IMG/VR virus record: IMGVR_UViG_3300045988_098930
Reading direction: 5' to 3' (one strand)
Source of the DNA: a virus
DNA length: 64,000 nt
Shown here: one piece after another, positions 1 to 8,353 of the stretch
Numbering within the stretch: the first letter of the stretch is position 1
Layout: every line of letters starts with the position of its first letter
Made by a program: the position numbers and the translations under genes
Notes under the pieces: model-generated
Database searches by the model: none
What the model was told of the DNA's origin: nothing
The model's input: the letters and a program-made list of their open reading frames with translations, nothing else

Positions 1-9
1 CTTTTTTTT

Positions 10-252
10 TCATTTTGAAACATCCTTCTTCCGCTTTTCATAGCAAGCTGGGCAAAGCAACGCACCGTCATCAAGTAGCATCCGCGTCCATGATGTTATT
101 CCACATCTGTCTTTAAAACATTTCGAGCAGAATGTGGTGTTGCAGACGGGACAGACCCACATGCCGCCATGTATATCATCGAAATCGTCCCATACTTCTA
201 TAAAACCGCAAAGGTCGCACTCCCACAAATCAGAGTTTATTATACGCCCCAT
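10..252 (-). CDS. Cys-rich zinc-ribbon protein (four CxxC pairs)
   Basis: Track ORF 10..291 trimmed to Met14 (ATG ending at 252), 7 nt after AAGAGGAG. Contains CDLC, CPVC, CSKC and CPAC pairs. Confidence 0.6.
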   Translation of the reverse strand: MGRIINSDLWECDLCGFIEVWDDFDDIHGGMWVCPVCNTTFCSKCFKDRCGITSWTRMLLDDGALLCPACYEKRKKDVSK

Positions 253-396
253 TTTGAATCTCCTCTTTCTTGATAATGTTAGCGTTTTCAACGATTATTA
301 GGTTTGCATCGAATGGGGTCATTCCTATAATTACATTTCGTCCAGATCGATAACCCTAATAGATAAAATACGGTCTATTTCAAACGTTATTTTTCT

Positions 397-693
397 TTAC
401 CCATTTACTAATTCGGCGGCGCGGGGTTTGCTTCCTTCAATGGGGAGCGCGTCCCACCACTTTTTACCGCCACCCTCAATGCCAAACATTTTAACAAATA
501 CGTTGATATGTCGCATCGTTGTTGCAGAATAGCCACCCCATAGCCGGACAAATGCACCGCGCTTGTTAATCATGCAAACAAAAGTGTCATACGACTGCAA
601 AATGACTTCGCCGTTCTCCTCAATAATGTTTGCTTTCCCATAAAAGGATTTTGCACGGTCATAGCCTGTTGGAGTTAATGCATAAATTCGCAT
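397..693 (-). CDS. hypothetical early protein (98 aa)
   Basis: Track ORF. ATG lies 8 nt after AGGGGG. No catalytic motif recognised. Confidence 0.6.
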   Translation of the reverse strand: MRIYALTPTGYDRAKSFYGKANIIEENGEVILQSYDTFVCMINKRGAFVRLWGGYSATTMRHINVFVKMFGIEGGGKKWWDALPIEGSKPRAAELVNG

Positions 694-740
694 TGTGCTA
701 ACCCCCTATAATTTGAAATGATTTTTAACTCCTTTTTGAA

Positions 741-770
741 TTGAAAACCCCGCCCCTTGCGGGGCGGGGG
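741..770 (-). terminator. intrinsic terminator (minus strand)
   Basis: Minus strand reads CCCCGCCCC-GCAA-GGGGCGGGG (748..769) followed by TTTT. It lies directly after the stop of 786..1490. Confidence 0.7.
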
Positions 771-785
771 ATTAGCGATTAAAGA

Positions 786-1490
786 TTAAATACAGAAGCC
801 CAGCGCCACGCCACGCGAGGAATTGGCATAGCCATAGTTCGCGCTCCCAGAAGTGCCAACCACACAGAAGGCGCGGGAGTAATTGACATTCGCGGAGCGC
901 AGCCAAACAAGACAAGCGGAGCCGTCCTCGTCATTTACGATTCTGTCCTTGCTTGTTGCAAATGCCTCATAACGCTCACCGTCCTCAGCGGGTGAATAAA
1001 TGGCACTGCCAAACATTTCGCTCTCAGAAAACAACCACAGCTTACGATACACAACTTTAATATGACCATCATACGTTACATATTTTTTCGCCACGTTACG
1101 CACATAAGGTAGTATGGATTCAGGAATCCAATTTTGGGGTGATTTCATAAGAGAGTTATCCAGTTCCGAAGCGGCGAATCCCTCAGGACAAGAACCGGGA
1201 TTTATGCGGCACGTTTTTATGTGGTCCACCTGTCTTAGCGTTATAGTGTTATACTTTCCGGTTAAAGCGTCTATATCGTGCCCTATACCCACAATCTCAA
1301 ATGTAATACCATCTACTACAATGGTGTCGTGTACCTTGTAATAGTCTGCTGCTTCACCCGCTTTAGAAATGCGAGACATTCTCGCTATTTCACTTTCAAC
1401 AGGTTTAACAGGCGTTATGCCAAGTTGCCGCATCTGATCGTCAGTCAATTCCGTTTTCTTACCATTGATGCAAAGATAATTTTCAAACAT
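786..1490 (-). CDS. DUF6273-like protein
   Basis: Track ORF with RBS AAAGGAA 7 nt upstream. The C-terminal VWLRSANVN...SRGVALGFCI resembles the WLRS...GV.P.F signature I recall for DUF6273. Confidence 0.6.
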   Translation of the reverse strand: MFENYLCINGKKTELTDDQMRQLGITPVKPVESEIARMSRISKAGEAADYYKVHDTIVVDGITFEIVGIGHDIDALTGKYNTITLRQVDHIKTCRINPGSCPEGFAASELDNSLMKSPQNWIPESILPYVRNVAKKYVTYDGHIKVVYRKLWLFSESEMFGSAIYSPAEDGERYEAFATSKDRIVNDEDGSACLVWLRSANVNYSRAFCVVGTSGSANYGYANSSRGVALGFCI

Positions 1491-1520
1491 AATTCGATTC
1501 CTTTCTGATTCCTTCTCAGT

Positions 1521-1832
1521 TTAATATTCACCCGGCCACAGTTCGCGAATGTTCGGGTTCCAAGGTATGAACGGGTCATCAGAATAGTTCACTCTATCGG
1601 GTATAATCTCTGTCCCGTCCGGCAAGATTGTAACTCGTCGTGATGCACCTAAAGATTTGATTGCTTCATCCAGCGTGGCATATAGCATACTCTTTTTATC
1701 CATGCAGTATTGCCCATAGCTATACACCCATTCATCTATGCAGTCGATATGAAATTTGTCGTCCTCACAAAATGCCACTCTAAAATGGTACCCGTTTTCT
1801 ACTGCATGATTACGTATTTTACATCCTTCCAT
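1521..1832 (-). CDS. hypothetical early protein (103 aa)
   Basis: Track ORF with RBS GAGGTGG 7 nt upstream of the ATG. Confidence 0.6.
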   Translation of the reverse strand: MEGCKIRNHAVENGYHFRVAFCEDDKFHIDCIDEWVYSYGQYCMDKKSMLYATLDEAIKSLGASRRVTILPDGTEIIPDRVNYSDDPFIPWNPNIRELWPGEY

Positions 1833-2074
1833 GCCCTTACCACCTCTCTTGCTCTCTGTCCTGCACCACCCAATATCAGCGACACAACAGCGTACCGCAC
1901 TGCATCCTCACTCATTTCCTGAAGAAATCCGTTTTTACCGCAACAGTTCCGCACATAGCACTCAAAACTATAATCATAGGTTTCAGGCTGTTCGGCTCGT
2001 AAGTCATAAAACTCCGTCCGCAGTTCTTGCTCAGTTATGATTTGTGCCGTCTCAGTGTCCATGTATATTCTCAT
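1799..2074 (-). CDS. hypothetical early protein (91 aa)
   Basis: Track ORF 1799..2167 trimmed to MRIYMDTE (ATG at 2074), preceded by GAGGGGG. This removes the 92-nt overlap with 2076..2465. Confidence 0.55.
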   Translation of the reverse strand: MRIYMDTETAQIITEQELRTEFYDLRAEQPETYDYSFECYVRNCCGKNGFLQEMSEDAVRYAVVSLILGGAGQRAREVVRAWKDVKYVIMQ

Positions 2075-2075
2075 G

Positions 2076-2465
2076 TTATTCCCCCTCAGCGTCCTTCCAA
2101 ATATCACGCACGTACAACTGTTTGCCGGGGGCGATTTCAATAGACTGGCGCACTTCTGACAACTCATCTATATCACTGTAATCGCCATTCCAATCAATTT
2201 CGATGTCTCCGTAATCTTCACCAATACGTTTAAAACTATACTCGTCTGCACCATGATAGAAGTGAGTAATGAACTGTACCGAAGAAAATGTGTCATACCA
2301 TTTTACAAAATTCCAATAAAAGGTAACGTATTGATCTTGGTCGATAATACTATCCGCTGCCGCTATCAATGATTGTGCATCACTTTCATCTCCTTTGGCT
2401 TTCCTTATCAATTCCAAAGCGTCCGCTTTTTTGAGCGTTAATGAAACTTCACTATAATAACCCAT
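2076..2465 (-). CDS. acidic hypothetical protein (129 aa)
   Basis: Track ORF with RBS GGGAGGAGGA 7 nt upstream. D/E-rich. Confidence 0.6.
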   Translation of the reverse strand: MGYYSEVSLTLKKADALELIRKAKGDESDAQSLIAAADSIIDQDQYVTFYWNFVKWYDTFSSVQFITHFYHGADEYSFKRIGEDYGDIEIDWNGDYSDIDELSEVRQSIEIAPGKQLYVRDIWKDAEGE

Positions 2466-2468
2466 AAT

Positions 2469-2960
2469 TTAATCCTCCTCCCAATTTGTTAATGACACCA
2501 ACTCATCAAAATTCAAGTATTCCAATTCAGCAGCCGTCAAATCGCCCAGCGAATCGTATGTCCGCGTCCGAAACAGTTCGCCACTTAAATAGCATTTCAT
2601 TTCGCAATGCACGAGGTCAACGACAATCTGAATAGGGATTTCTTCGTCAGAAGTGCAGGTGTAAGCAATATTGATGTACGTCAAATCACTGAAATCACCC
2701 TCGCAGTTATATTCTTTCAGACAAAAATCAGTGATAAGCTTCTTGGCGTGTTCGAGAATATATCTGTCTATGCCTTTATTGATCTCACTCATATACTGCT
2801 GCACTATGTTCTGATAACCTGCGTCCGCGATCTGGTTGGCCGACACTCCAAACGTGCCACACAATGCTGCTACAATGTCGATATTGTTCCAATCGTTCTC
2901 TCTACAATAAGTGACCGCCGCCTTTATAAACCGTGTAGTGTTGTTGTCATATCTGCCCAT
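2469..2960 (-). CDS. hypothetical protein (163 aa); N-terminal domain paralogous to 2967..3140
   Basis: Track ORF with RBS GGGAGGA upstream. Confidence 0.6.
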   Translation of the reverse strand: MGRYDNNTTRFIKAAVTYCRENDWNNIDIVAALCGTFGVSANQIADAGYQNIVQQYMSEINKGIDRYILEHAKKLITDFCLKEYNCEGDFSDLTYINIAYTCTSDEEIPIQIVVDLVHCEMKCYLSGELFRTRTYDSLGDLTAAELEYLNFDELVSLTNWEED

Positions 2961-2966
2961 TGGCGC

Positions 2967-3140
2967 TTAATCCTCCCAATACTGTTTGATGAAATTTTCA
3001 TAACCGGCGTCGATAAAATCGTTTTTGTCCATACCAAAAGTGTTTGTTAGCACATCTATAATTTCATCATCGTTCCACACTCCCACGCAGTAGTCGATGA
3101 CGGCTTCAATTAACCTCGCAGTTGATGTATCTGTATTCAT
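2967..3140 (-). CDS. small protein (57 aa), paralog of the N-terminus of 2469..2960
   Basis: Below the track cutoff. ATG at 3140 lies about 6 nt after AAGGAGGAA. Hand translation: MNTDTSTARLIEAVIDYCVGVWNDDEIIDVLTNTFGMDKNDFIDAGYENFIKQYWED. Confidence 0.5.
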   Translation of the reverse strand: MNTDTSTARLIEAVIDYCVGVWNDDEIIDVLTNTFGMDKNDFIDAGYENFIKQYWED

Positions 3141-3143
3141 TTC

Positions 3144-3506
3144 CTATTCCTCCTTGATTGGACGCAAGGTTACTCTGACAAAAGACCCGTACTCTGTATT
3201 CGGATTCCATCTCAATCGCCAATACTGAATGAACTCTGAAGAAATATATGTGTTGTGTATCATATCATCACGAACACCCCAAGTGTTTACACCGTTTTCA
3301 CGAAAACACAGCACCTTATCATATTTTTCTGCCGTTTGTACGGCATTGTCATAATCATACAAGTTGTAAAATATGTCACTGGCATACCGTTCACATATTC
3401 GACCAGCACGTTCTACCATTTTGCTCATAATATCAGAAACATTTTTTGAATTTGTCGTCACTGTCCAATTATCGTCAACACTATACGAGCGAATTTCATA
3501 ATTCAT
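3144..3506 (-). CDS. hypothetical early protein (120 aa)
   Basis: Track ORF 3144..3572 trimmed to MNYEIRS (ATG at 3506). It shows a TAATG overlap with the upstream stop, and GAGGAGGAA lies upstream. Confidence 0.55.
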   Translation of the reverse strand: MNYEIRSYSVDDNWTVTTNSKNVSDIMSKMVERAGRICERYASDIFYNLYDYDNAVQTAEKYDKVLCFRENGVNTWGVRDDMIHNTYISSEFIQYWRLRWNPNTEYGSFVRVTLRPIKEE

Positions 3507-4006
3507 TACGATTCCTCCTCGATTTTGTTTTTGCCATACCTTATTGGCATTATCATGCACTGTACCGTCCAAGAGGTTTCATCCTCGACAACGAATAATG
3601 GAGACAACCAATTTGCGCCCTTACAGAAATGTACGTTCTTGCCCATAATATCTATGGCTTGCTTGACACACCTTGCGTTATACATACTGTTGTCAACCAT
3701 CACATAAGGAATTGTTTTACCTGATACCTCGCTTGTTTTACACTCTTTAATCTTGATGCAGTACAAATGTGGCGCATCACATATCGTGTAATCGTACAAG
3801 TCTGCATCCCGCTTCAACTTACTTGCCAAATAGAATGGCGTTTCTTCTCTGAACGGGATTCCTTCGGGAAGTGATGGCACGTTAAAGCCCATAAACTCAC
3901 TAACCGCAGAAAATGTGCCATCAGCATCGCGAAAAATATAGTTGAGAGACGATTTTCCATTCATTTGTATTTTGCTTGCCCACTCATACAGCTTTTTGTA
4001 ATTCAT
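3506..4006 (-). CDS. hypothetical early protein (166 aa)
   Basis: Track ORF 3506..4036 trimmed to MNYKKLYEW (ATG at 4006). RBS GGAGG lies 7 nt upstream, with an ATGA overlap with 4003..4284. Confidence 0.6.
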   Translation of the reverse strand: MNYKKLYEWASKIQMNGKSSLNYIFRDADGTFSAVSEFMGFNVPSLPEGIPFREETPFYLASKLKRDADLYDYTICDAPHLYCIKIKECKTSEVSGKTIPYVMVDNSMYNARCVKQAIDIMGKNVHFCKGANWLSPLFVVEDETSWTVQCMIMPIRYGKNKIEEES

Positions 4007-4284
4007 TTCAATGCCTCCACTGACAATGCGTTCCATGCAAGCCAGCCCAACTCCGACGTTAACACTCGTACTTTTTCTACAAATGTTGTTATAGCCTGTC
4101 GTTTTTCATCCGAATATGCGCCCCAATAAAATGACGGAACTCCGTTCTCATACACATAATGCCACACCACAAACGGAGCAGGATCATCTTTTATGCCAGA
4201 CCGCACACCTATTGCAACCCCATTATTACCAATTTCATGGAAAAACTGAATTGTATAATCTGCGTTCACATAACCTTTATACAT
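4003..4284 (-). CDS. hypothetical early protein (93 aa)
   Basis: Track ORF with RBS AAGGAGGAA 7 nt upstream. Confidence 0.6.
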   Translation of the reverse strand: MYKGYVNADYTIQFFHEIGNNGVAIGVRSGIKDDPAPFVVWHYVYENGVPSFYWGAYSDEKRQAITTFVEKVRVLTSELGWLAWNALSVEALK

Positions 4285-4298
4285 TGTTGGATTCCTCC

Positions 4299-4991
4299 TT
4301 AACTTACTTTATATGTCGGTATCGACCTCATTCCGTCATACCCCCATAGCACCACGTCTTCAGGTTTCACGCCTGCCTCTGCCGCTATTTCCTTACGGGC
4401 GTCATCATATACATAGAAGGTGTACCCGCTTATTGCTTCAGCGCAATCTGGCACGGTTTCCTCATCATGTATCATCCATTCCTCGCCCATATTGAAATAT
4501 TCTATTTCCAAATAACGAATTGCATCATCATTGTACAAATCCACCGGATAGTAGAAGTAGTTCCAGTCGCTCTGACAGGACCCCCGCAAACAACGATAAT
4601 CGTATTTTTTGCCCATTACCAATGTTAAGCCTGCACAAATTGCCGCCTGTTCATCACGAGTGCGATTTCGGCCATCATATAAATCACACGCTGCTTTCCA
4701 TTTTTCAATTTCTTCGGCAGTATAAGCATTTCGTCCTACTGGTGGCACGTAATCCAAAAGCATTTCCAGCTCAGTTGTATACCAACTATCTTCGCCTACG
4801 TCCGTTAAATCCATTTCATCCAACGCTGTTAGTACCTTGTCGAACTCATCGAAAGTGTATCCTTGCAACTGCTTGTCGCCATATATGGCGGCCTTGTCTG
4901 TGATCATCTGTTCAGCTCCCCACAAATCCCATGGGCTTTCCTGCCACTCATAAGGTATCTGTCGTGCGTACACTTTACAATTTGAATCCAT
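4299..4991 (-). CDS. acidic hypothetical protein (230 aa)
   Basis: Track ORF with RBS AAGGAGGAA upstream. Confidence 0.65.
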   Translation of the reverse strand: MDSNCKVYARQIPYEWQESPWDLWGAEQMITDKAAIYGDKQLQGYTFDEFDKVLTALDEMDLTDVGEDSWYTTELEMLLDYVPPVGRNAYTAEEIEKWKAACDLYDGRNRTRDEQAAICAGLTLVMGKKYDYRCLRGSCQSDWNYFYYPVDLYNDDAIRYLEIEYFNMGEEWMIHDEETVPDCAEAISGYTFYVYDDARKEIAAEAGVKPEDVVLWGYDGMRSIPTYKVS

Positions 4992-5004
4992 TTTCGATTC
5001 CTCC

Positions 5005-5277
5005 TTAAACGCAAATATCGTCCAATGTTTCTACATCAAAGTAAGCGTATGTACGGCGCGGCCCCATAGGATGATTCCTCTGCAACTTGCTTAACACATA
5101 ACAAGTGTGCTTTTCGCCGCTCCAATCCTTAATCGTTGCCTGGCCTTTCAGCAACCGCATTGTGCTGAACGACTCCCCAAAAAACTTGAGGGTGTCTCTG
5201 TCGAAGTAATGTCCATCAGGATGTGTGCGCTGATACGCATTAACAAGGCTATACACATCATAGATATTTGATTTCAT
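5005..5277 (-). CDS. hypothetical early protein (90 aa)
   Basis: Track ORF 5005..5283 trimmed to the second ATG (5277), 8 nt after GGAGGA. The first ATG is only 2 nt from the SD. Confidence 0.6.
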   Translation of the reverse strand: MKSNIYDVYSLVNAYQRTHPDGHYFDRDTLKFFGESFSTMRLLKGQATIKDWSGEKHTCYVLSKLQRNHPMGPRRTYAYFDVETLDDICV

Positions 5278-5282
5278 TATCA

Positions 5283-5546
5283 TTATCCTCCAATCGTATC
5301 AAATTCATTATTGTCATTGATATAGAGCTTGTATGTGTCCACCATCTGATTGGCTTGTATATCGTAGACGAGAAACAATATCGGACAAATTTGTATTGTG
5401 AGCTTTTCAGATGTGTAGTTATCTCGATACCACATACACTGTGCAGTTTGAAAATCATCTATTTCCATATCAGAATCGCACCCGCATATTTCGTACCGTC
5501 CCATAGCATCATAGATAACCACCATATACCGTGGTTGTATCTTCAT
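5283..5546 (-). CDS. hypothetical early protein (87 aa)
   Basis: Track ORF 5283..5573 trimmed to MKIQPRY (ATG at 5546). RBS AGGAGGAAG, with an ATGA overlap with 5543..5752. Confidence 0.55.
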   Translation of the reverse strand: MKIQPRYMVVIYDAMGRYEICGCDSDMEIDDFQTAQCMWYRDNYTSEKLTIQICPILFLVYDIQANQMVDTYKLYINDNNEFDTIGG

Positions 5547-5752
5547 ACTTCTTCCTCCTGTTCTTCCTTCCATGTTGACAGTTCCTCGTAATCTTCGTCC
5601 CGTGAATTTTTAAATGCACGCCGCAGATAATCATGCCCACCGTCAACAGTGCAAGCACCGCACGAGCAGAACACATAATCATGTCTATAGCGGGACTCAA
5701 TTACATCTCCGCAGTGTTTGCAACGTATTGCGTTATACAAAATTGTTTTCAT
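5543..5752 (-). CDS. zinc-ribbon protein (CKHCG...CSCGAC)
   Basis: Track ORF 5543..5770 trimmed to MKTILYN (ATG at 5752), 7 nt after AGAGGAA. Confidence 0.6.
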   Translation of the reverse strand: MKTILYNAIRCKHCGDVIESRYRHDYVFCSCGACTVDGGHDYLRRAFKNSRDEDYEELSTWKEEQEEEV

Positions 5753-5816
5753 TTTTGATTCCTCTTTCAAATTGTATAAATCTGTGGATCGTTTGTATCT
5801 GCCACTCTTTCCACAG

Positions 5817-6032
5817 TTACGAGCGACAGCCCAAAAAACTCACAAGCTTTTTCTTTTGCTTCAGATATTCAGATTCTTCCTCAGTTAGATAATCTATCCA
5901 AGCTTGTATACAAGTGTCGTTGGCGGCGCATATCGGGCGACTGACAGGGCAGAGTGGACAATCTATGCGCTGGCTCACCCATTCTGCCAACTCTGCCTCG
6001 GTCATGTTCCGTAGCCTTTCATAATTAGTCAT
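5817..6032 (-). CDS. small Cys-containing protein with N-terminal ERLRNMTEAELAEW module
   Basis: Track ORF with RBS GAGGAGGA 7 nt upstream. The module recurs in 14519..14731 and 16378..17286. Confidence 0.6.
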   Translation of the reverse strand: MTNYERLRNMTEAELAEWVSQRIDCPLCPVSRPICAANDTCIQAWIDYLTEEESEYLKQKKKLVSFLGCRS

Positions 6033-6046
6033 ACTGTCATCCTCCT

Positions 6047-6535
6047 CTATACCACATATTCTGCGTCAACGCCGCACCACATCGCACCGAAATGCGTCAC
6101 ACCCAGCACATATAAACCAAGCGGTTCGCACCAGAAAACGATTTCATCTGTATGGTGCATTAAGAGCTCTGCTGTCTGGTTATCAATAAGGTAATACTGA
6201 TAAATGTCAACGGCTTCTTCGCTTTCATAATCATCATCTTCTTCAATTTCGTTTCCTTCCGCATCGTAATAATGCCACAGTTCGCCACTTTCGAGGTTGT
6301 CATACAACTCATCGTCTACTTTCACAATATCGTTACACAGTAGCAACGAACTGTTGGGGAAGAACAACTGTGAATACACGCAACGTATAGATGTTCCTGC
6401 GTCAATACTATACCCCTCTACCTTTTCCCACGTATGTTTATCTCTATGCCACGGACTGTTGTCCATCCATGTTTTTGTATAAAGCTTTCCTTCCTCGTTC
6501 TTATAAATATCATCCCACAAAACAAACTTATCCAT
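6047..6535 (-). CDS. acidic hypothetical protein (162 aa)
   Basis: Track ORF 6047..6541 (TTG) trimmed to the ATG at 6535, 7 nt after AAGGAGGA. Contains the D/E run EIEEDDDYESEE. Confidence 0.6.
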   Translation of the reverse strand: MDKFVLWDDIYKNEEGKLYTKTWMDNSPWHRDKHTWEKVEGYSIDAGTSIRCVYSQLFFPNSSLLLCNDIVKVDDELYDNLESGELWHYYDAEGNEIEEDDDYESEEAVDIYQYYLIDNQTAELLMHHTDEIVFWCEPLGLYVLGVTHFGAMWCGVDAEYVV

Positions 6536-6566
6536 TTTCAAATCCTCCTTGATTTAGATTTTGGCG

Positions 6567-6595
6567 TATAAAAAGAACGGCCTATTGTGCCGTTC
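6567..6595 (-). terminator. intrinsic terminator (minus strand)
   Basis: Minus strand reads GAACGGC-ACAATAG-GCCGTTC followed by TTTTTATA. Confidence 0.6.
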
Positions 6596-6718
6596 GCATC
6601 TTGCTGTATTGTTATCCTACACGCTTCGCGCTTGCCTGTGAAGGGGTCGCCCGTCTGGTCATTTCCTTATCCATATATGATACCATAGCCCGCTTTGCGC
6701 CCTGAACACCTGTAAATG

Positions 6719-6850
6719 TCAACTATTAAGCAGGCACAACGCACAACTGGTAAACATAACCATGTACAGCATGGCGACCCCAACCGCAACGCAGCACCAC
6801 CATGCAAAACTGCCGCAGCGCACACGCTTCCTACCTATTCGCAAATCCAT
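6719..6850 (-). CDS. small hydrophobic protein (43 aa)
   Basis: Below the track cutoff. ATG at 6850 lies 8 nt after GGAGGGGG. Hand translation: MDLRIGRKRVRCGSFAWWCCVAVGVAMLYMVMFTSCALCLLNS (basic N-terminus, then one TM-like stretch). Confidence 0.4.
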   Translation of the reverse strand: MDLRIGRKRVRCGSFAWWCCVAVGVAMLYMVMFTSCALCLLNS

Positions 6851-6869
6851 TTTCGATTCCCCCTCCATT

Positions 6870-7061
6870 TCAGTTTATGGTCCATTCCTGCCCGTACTTT
6901 TCTTTGTGCCGCCTTGCGTACTCATCACAAAACGCCTGCGCCATACACGGGGCCATTTCCGCATGAATTTCCTCACGCAGCTCATCATCCATATAGTTGA
7001 CCGCCGTGCGCATAAGCACGTCCTCACCATGCACCATTACAAGCTCAAATTTGATTTCCAT
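6870..7061 (-). CDS. hypothetical early protein (63 aa)
   Basis: Track ORF with RBS AGAAGG 5 nt upstream. Confidence 0.55.
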   Translation of the reverse strand: MEIKFELVMVHGEDVLMRTAVNYMDDELREEIHAEMAPCMAQAFCDEYARRHKEKYGQEWTIN

Positions 7062-7183
7062 TTTTACCTTCTTTTTGCCCTATTTCATCAAGGATTCAAG
7101 CACATTTCATTTACAAGAGTATAACTATACCCTAAAGCTATTTCATTTTCGTTTTTGCCTTACCATTGTCTGCAAAACGCACG

Positions 7184-7339
7184 TCAGCGCCACACACAAC
7201 GCATACGCCCGTTTTGCAGTCGCACAATGGCTCCCGTATAACGGTTTTCGTAGTACAACGCATTTCCTTCCTTGCGCAGAAACGCATACCCGCTGGCCCG
7301 CAAAATGTCAATGCGATCTCGTTTGCTTTTCCATTTCAT
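7184..7339 (-). CDS. small basic protein (51 aa)
   Basis: Below the track cutoff. ATG at 7339 follows GGGGAGGAATCGCA. Hand translation: MKWKSKRDRIDILRASGYAFLRKEGNALYYENRYTGAIVRLQNGRMRCVWR. Confidence 0.4.
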   Translation of the reverse strand: MKWKSKRDRIDILRASGYAFLRKEGNALYYENRYTGAIVRLQNGRMRCVWR

Positions 7340-7363
7340 TTGCGATTCCTCCCCGATTCCGTT

Positions 7364-7582
7364 TTAGTCCGCGAACCTTGCGCCGAAAAAGAAATAGGTG
7401 TTGCGTTTGCTGATTTGCACCGGTTCGCACACGATTGCCGACACGCGATAACGCAGCACAAGGCGTTCCCATTCCTTTTCGGTGTACAATTCATTTCCTA
7501 CCAGCACCAGATCGAACGCACGGGTAGCGCGATTGAACAACCGGGCGTTGTCATATTCCGGCTTCACACGGTAATACAGCAT
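7364..7582 (-). CDS. hypothetical early protein (72 aa)
   Basis: Track ORF 7364..7588 trimmed to the second ATG (7582), 8 nt after AGGAGGAA. Confidence 0.55.
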   Translation of the reverse strand: MLYYRVKPEYDNARLFNRATRAFDLVLVGNELYTEKEWERLVLRYRVSAIVCEPVQISKRNTYFFFGARFAD

Positions 7583-7594
7583 TTCCATTTCCTC

Positions 7595-7789
7595 CTAAAT
7601 CGCCATTTTGTAGGTCGCGCCCTTGGCCTCTTGCGAAAGCGTTTCCAATTCCTTCCAGATGCGGGCATACTCGGCCTGCGCGATGGGGTTATCAGTGCCA
7701 CCCGGCACATCGCTCCATGCGGCGGCATGGTTCATAAGTTCCTCGCGCAGCTCCGCAAGGCGGGATTTAATGGTGTAAATGTTCTGCAT
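7595..7789 (-). CDS. hypothetical early protein (64 aa)
   Basis: Track ORF 7595..7798 (TTG) trimmed to the ATG at 7789, 9 nt after AGAAAGGAA. Confidence 0.55.
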   Translation of the reverse strand: MQNIYTIKSRLAELREELMNHAAAWSDVPGGTDNPIAQAEYARIWKELETLSQEAKGATYKMAI

Positions 7790-7830
7790 GATTTTCAATT
7801 CCTTTCTGTTTTTTATTTACATATCGGGGT

Positions 7831-7855
7831 AAAAAAAAAGAACCCTTGCGGATTC
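7831..7855 (-). terminator. intrinsic terminator (minus strand)
   Basis: Minus strand reads GAAUCC-GCAA-GGGUUC (one G-U pair) followed by a T9 run. It lies after the stop of 7867..8154. Confidence 0.6.
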
Positions 7856-7866
7856 TAAAGTTAATT

Positions 7867-8154
7867 TTACTTTTTCATTTTATCTATAACATTTGTAATT
7901 TTTTCAAATGCCGAACGAATTTCTTCCAATTTTGTAACATAATCCTTGCTATATAAATCAAAATTGGGGTTATCCCATGTTATGGGTTCGGAAGCAATTT
8001 GAATTTCCCCATGAACGATAGCCTTGCAAAACTGACTAATATTAGCGCAACCGTATAATTCATAAATTTCTTCCATACGGCGTCCTTCAGCAGGTGTAAG
8101 GACGATGGCTTTTTGCCATTTATATTGATTTGCGTTAGATTGCTTCTTTTCCAT
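7867..8154 (-). CDS. putative ribbon-helix-helix / MobC-like DNA-binding protein
   Basis: Track ORF with RBS GGAAGGA 8 nt upstream. KAIVLTPAEGRRMEEIYELYGCANISQFCKAIV follows the strand-helix-helix pattern of RHH/MobC-type proteins. The fold assignment is from memory only. Confidence 0.5.
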   Translation of the reverse strand: MEKKQSNANQYKWQKAIVLTPAEGRRMEEIYELYGCANISQFCKAIVHGEIQIASEPITWDNPNFDLYSKDYVTKLEEIRSAFEKITNVIDKMKK

Positions 8155-8183
8155 ATCTGAAATCCTTCCGATTTATTTTCTAA

Positions 8184-8212
8184 AGTATATCATACTTTAT
8201 CGAACAAATCAA
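8184..8212 (-). promoter_or_regulatory. sigma-A/sigma-70-type promoter with extended -10 (minus strand)
   Basis: Minus strand reads TTGATT (8207..8212), a 17-nt spacer ending in TGA, then TATACT (8184..8189). It lies about 30 nt upstream of the 7867..8154 start. Confidence 0.6.
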
Positions 8213-8353
8213 AACCGAAACCGGTTCCTTGCGGATTAGCGCACTTCATCTGGCGATTTCTTATCGGTAAGCAATTAGTAAGCGGATACACCGCCGCAAC
8301 ACTACCGCCGCGGGAAGGCTTGCTTATGGTAGCACAAAGGGGCAACCGCCCCT

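Noticed and set aside
6716-7858. Plus-strand track ORFs 6716..7000, 6762..7124, 6997..7413 and 7166..7858 (up to 230 aa).
   Set aside because: - They run antisense to well-supported minus-strand genes that have strong RBSs.
- They have no SD of their own.
- Their translations are low-complexity (P/H/R/F-rich).
- The region is somewhat GC-richer, which favours shadow ORFs.
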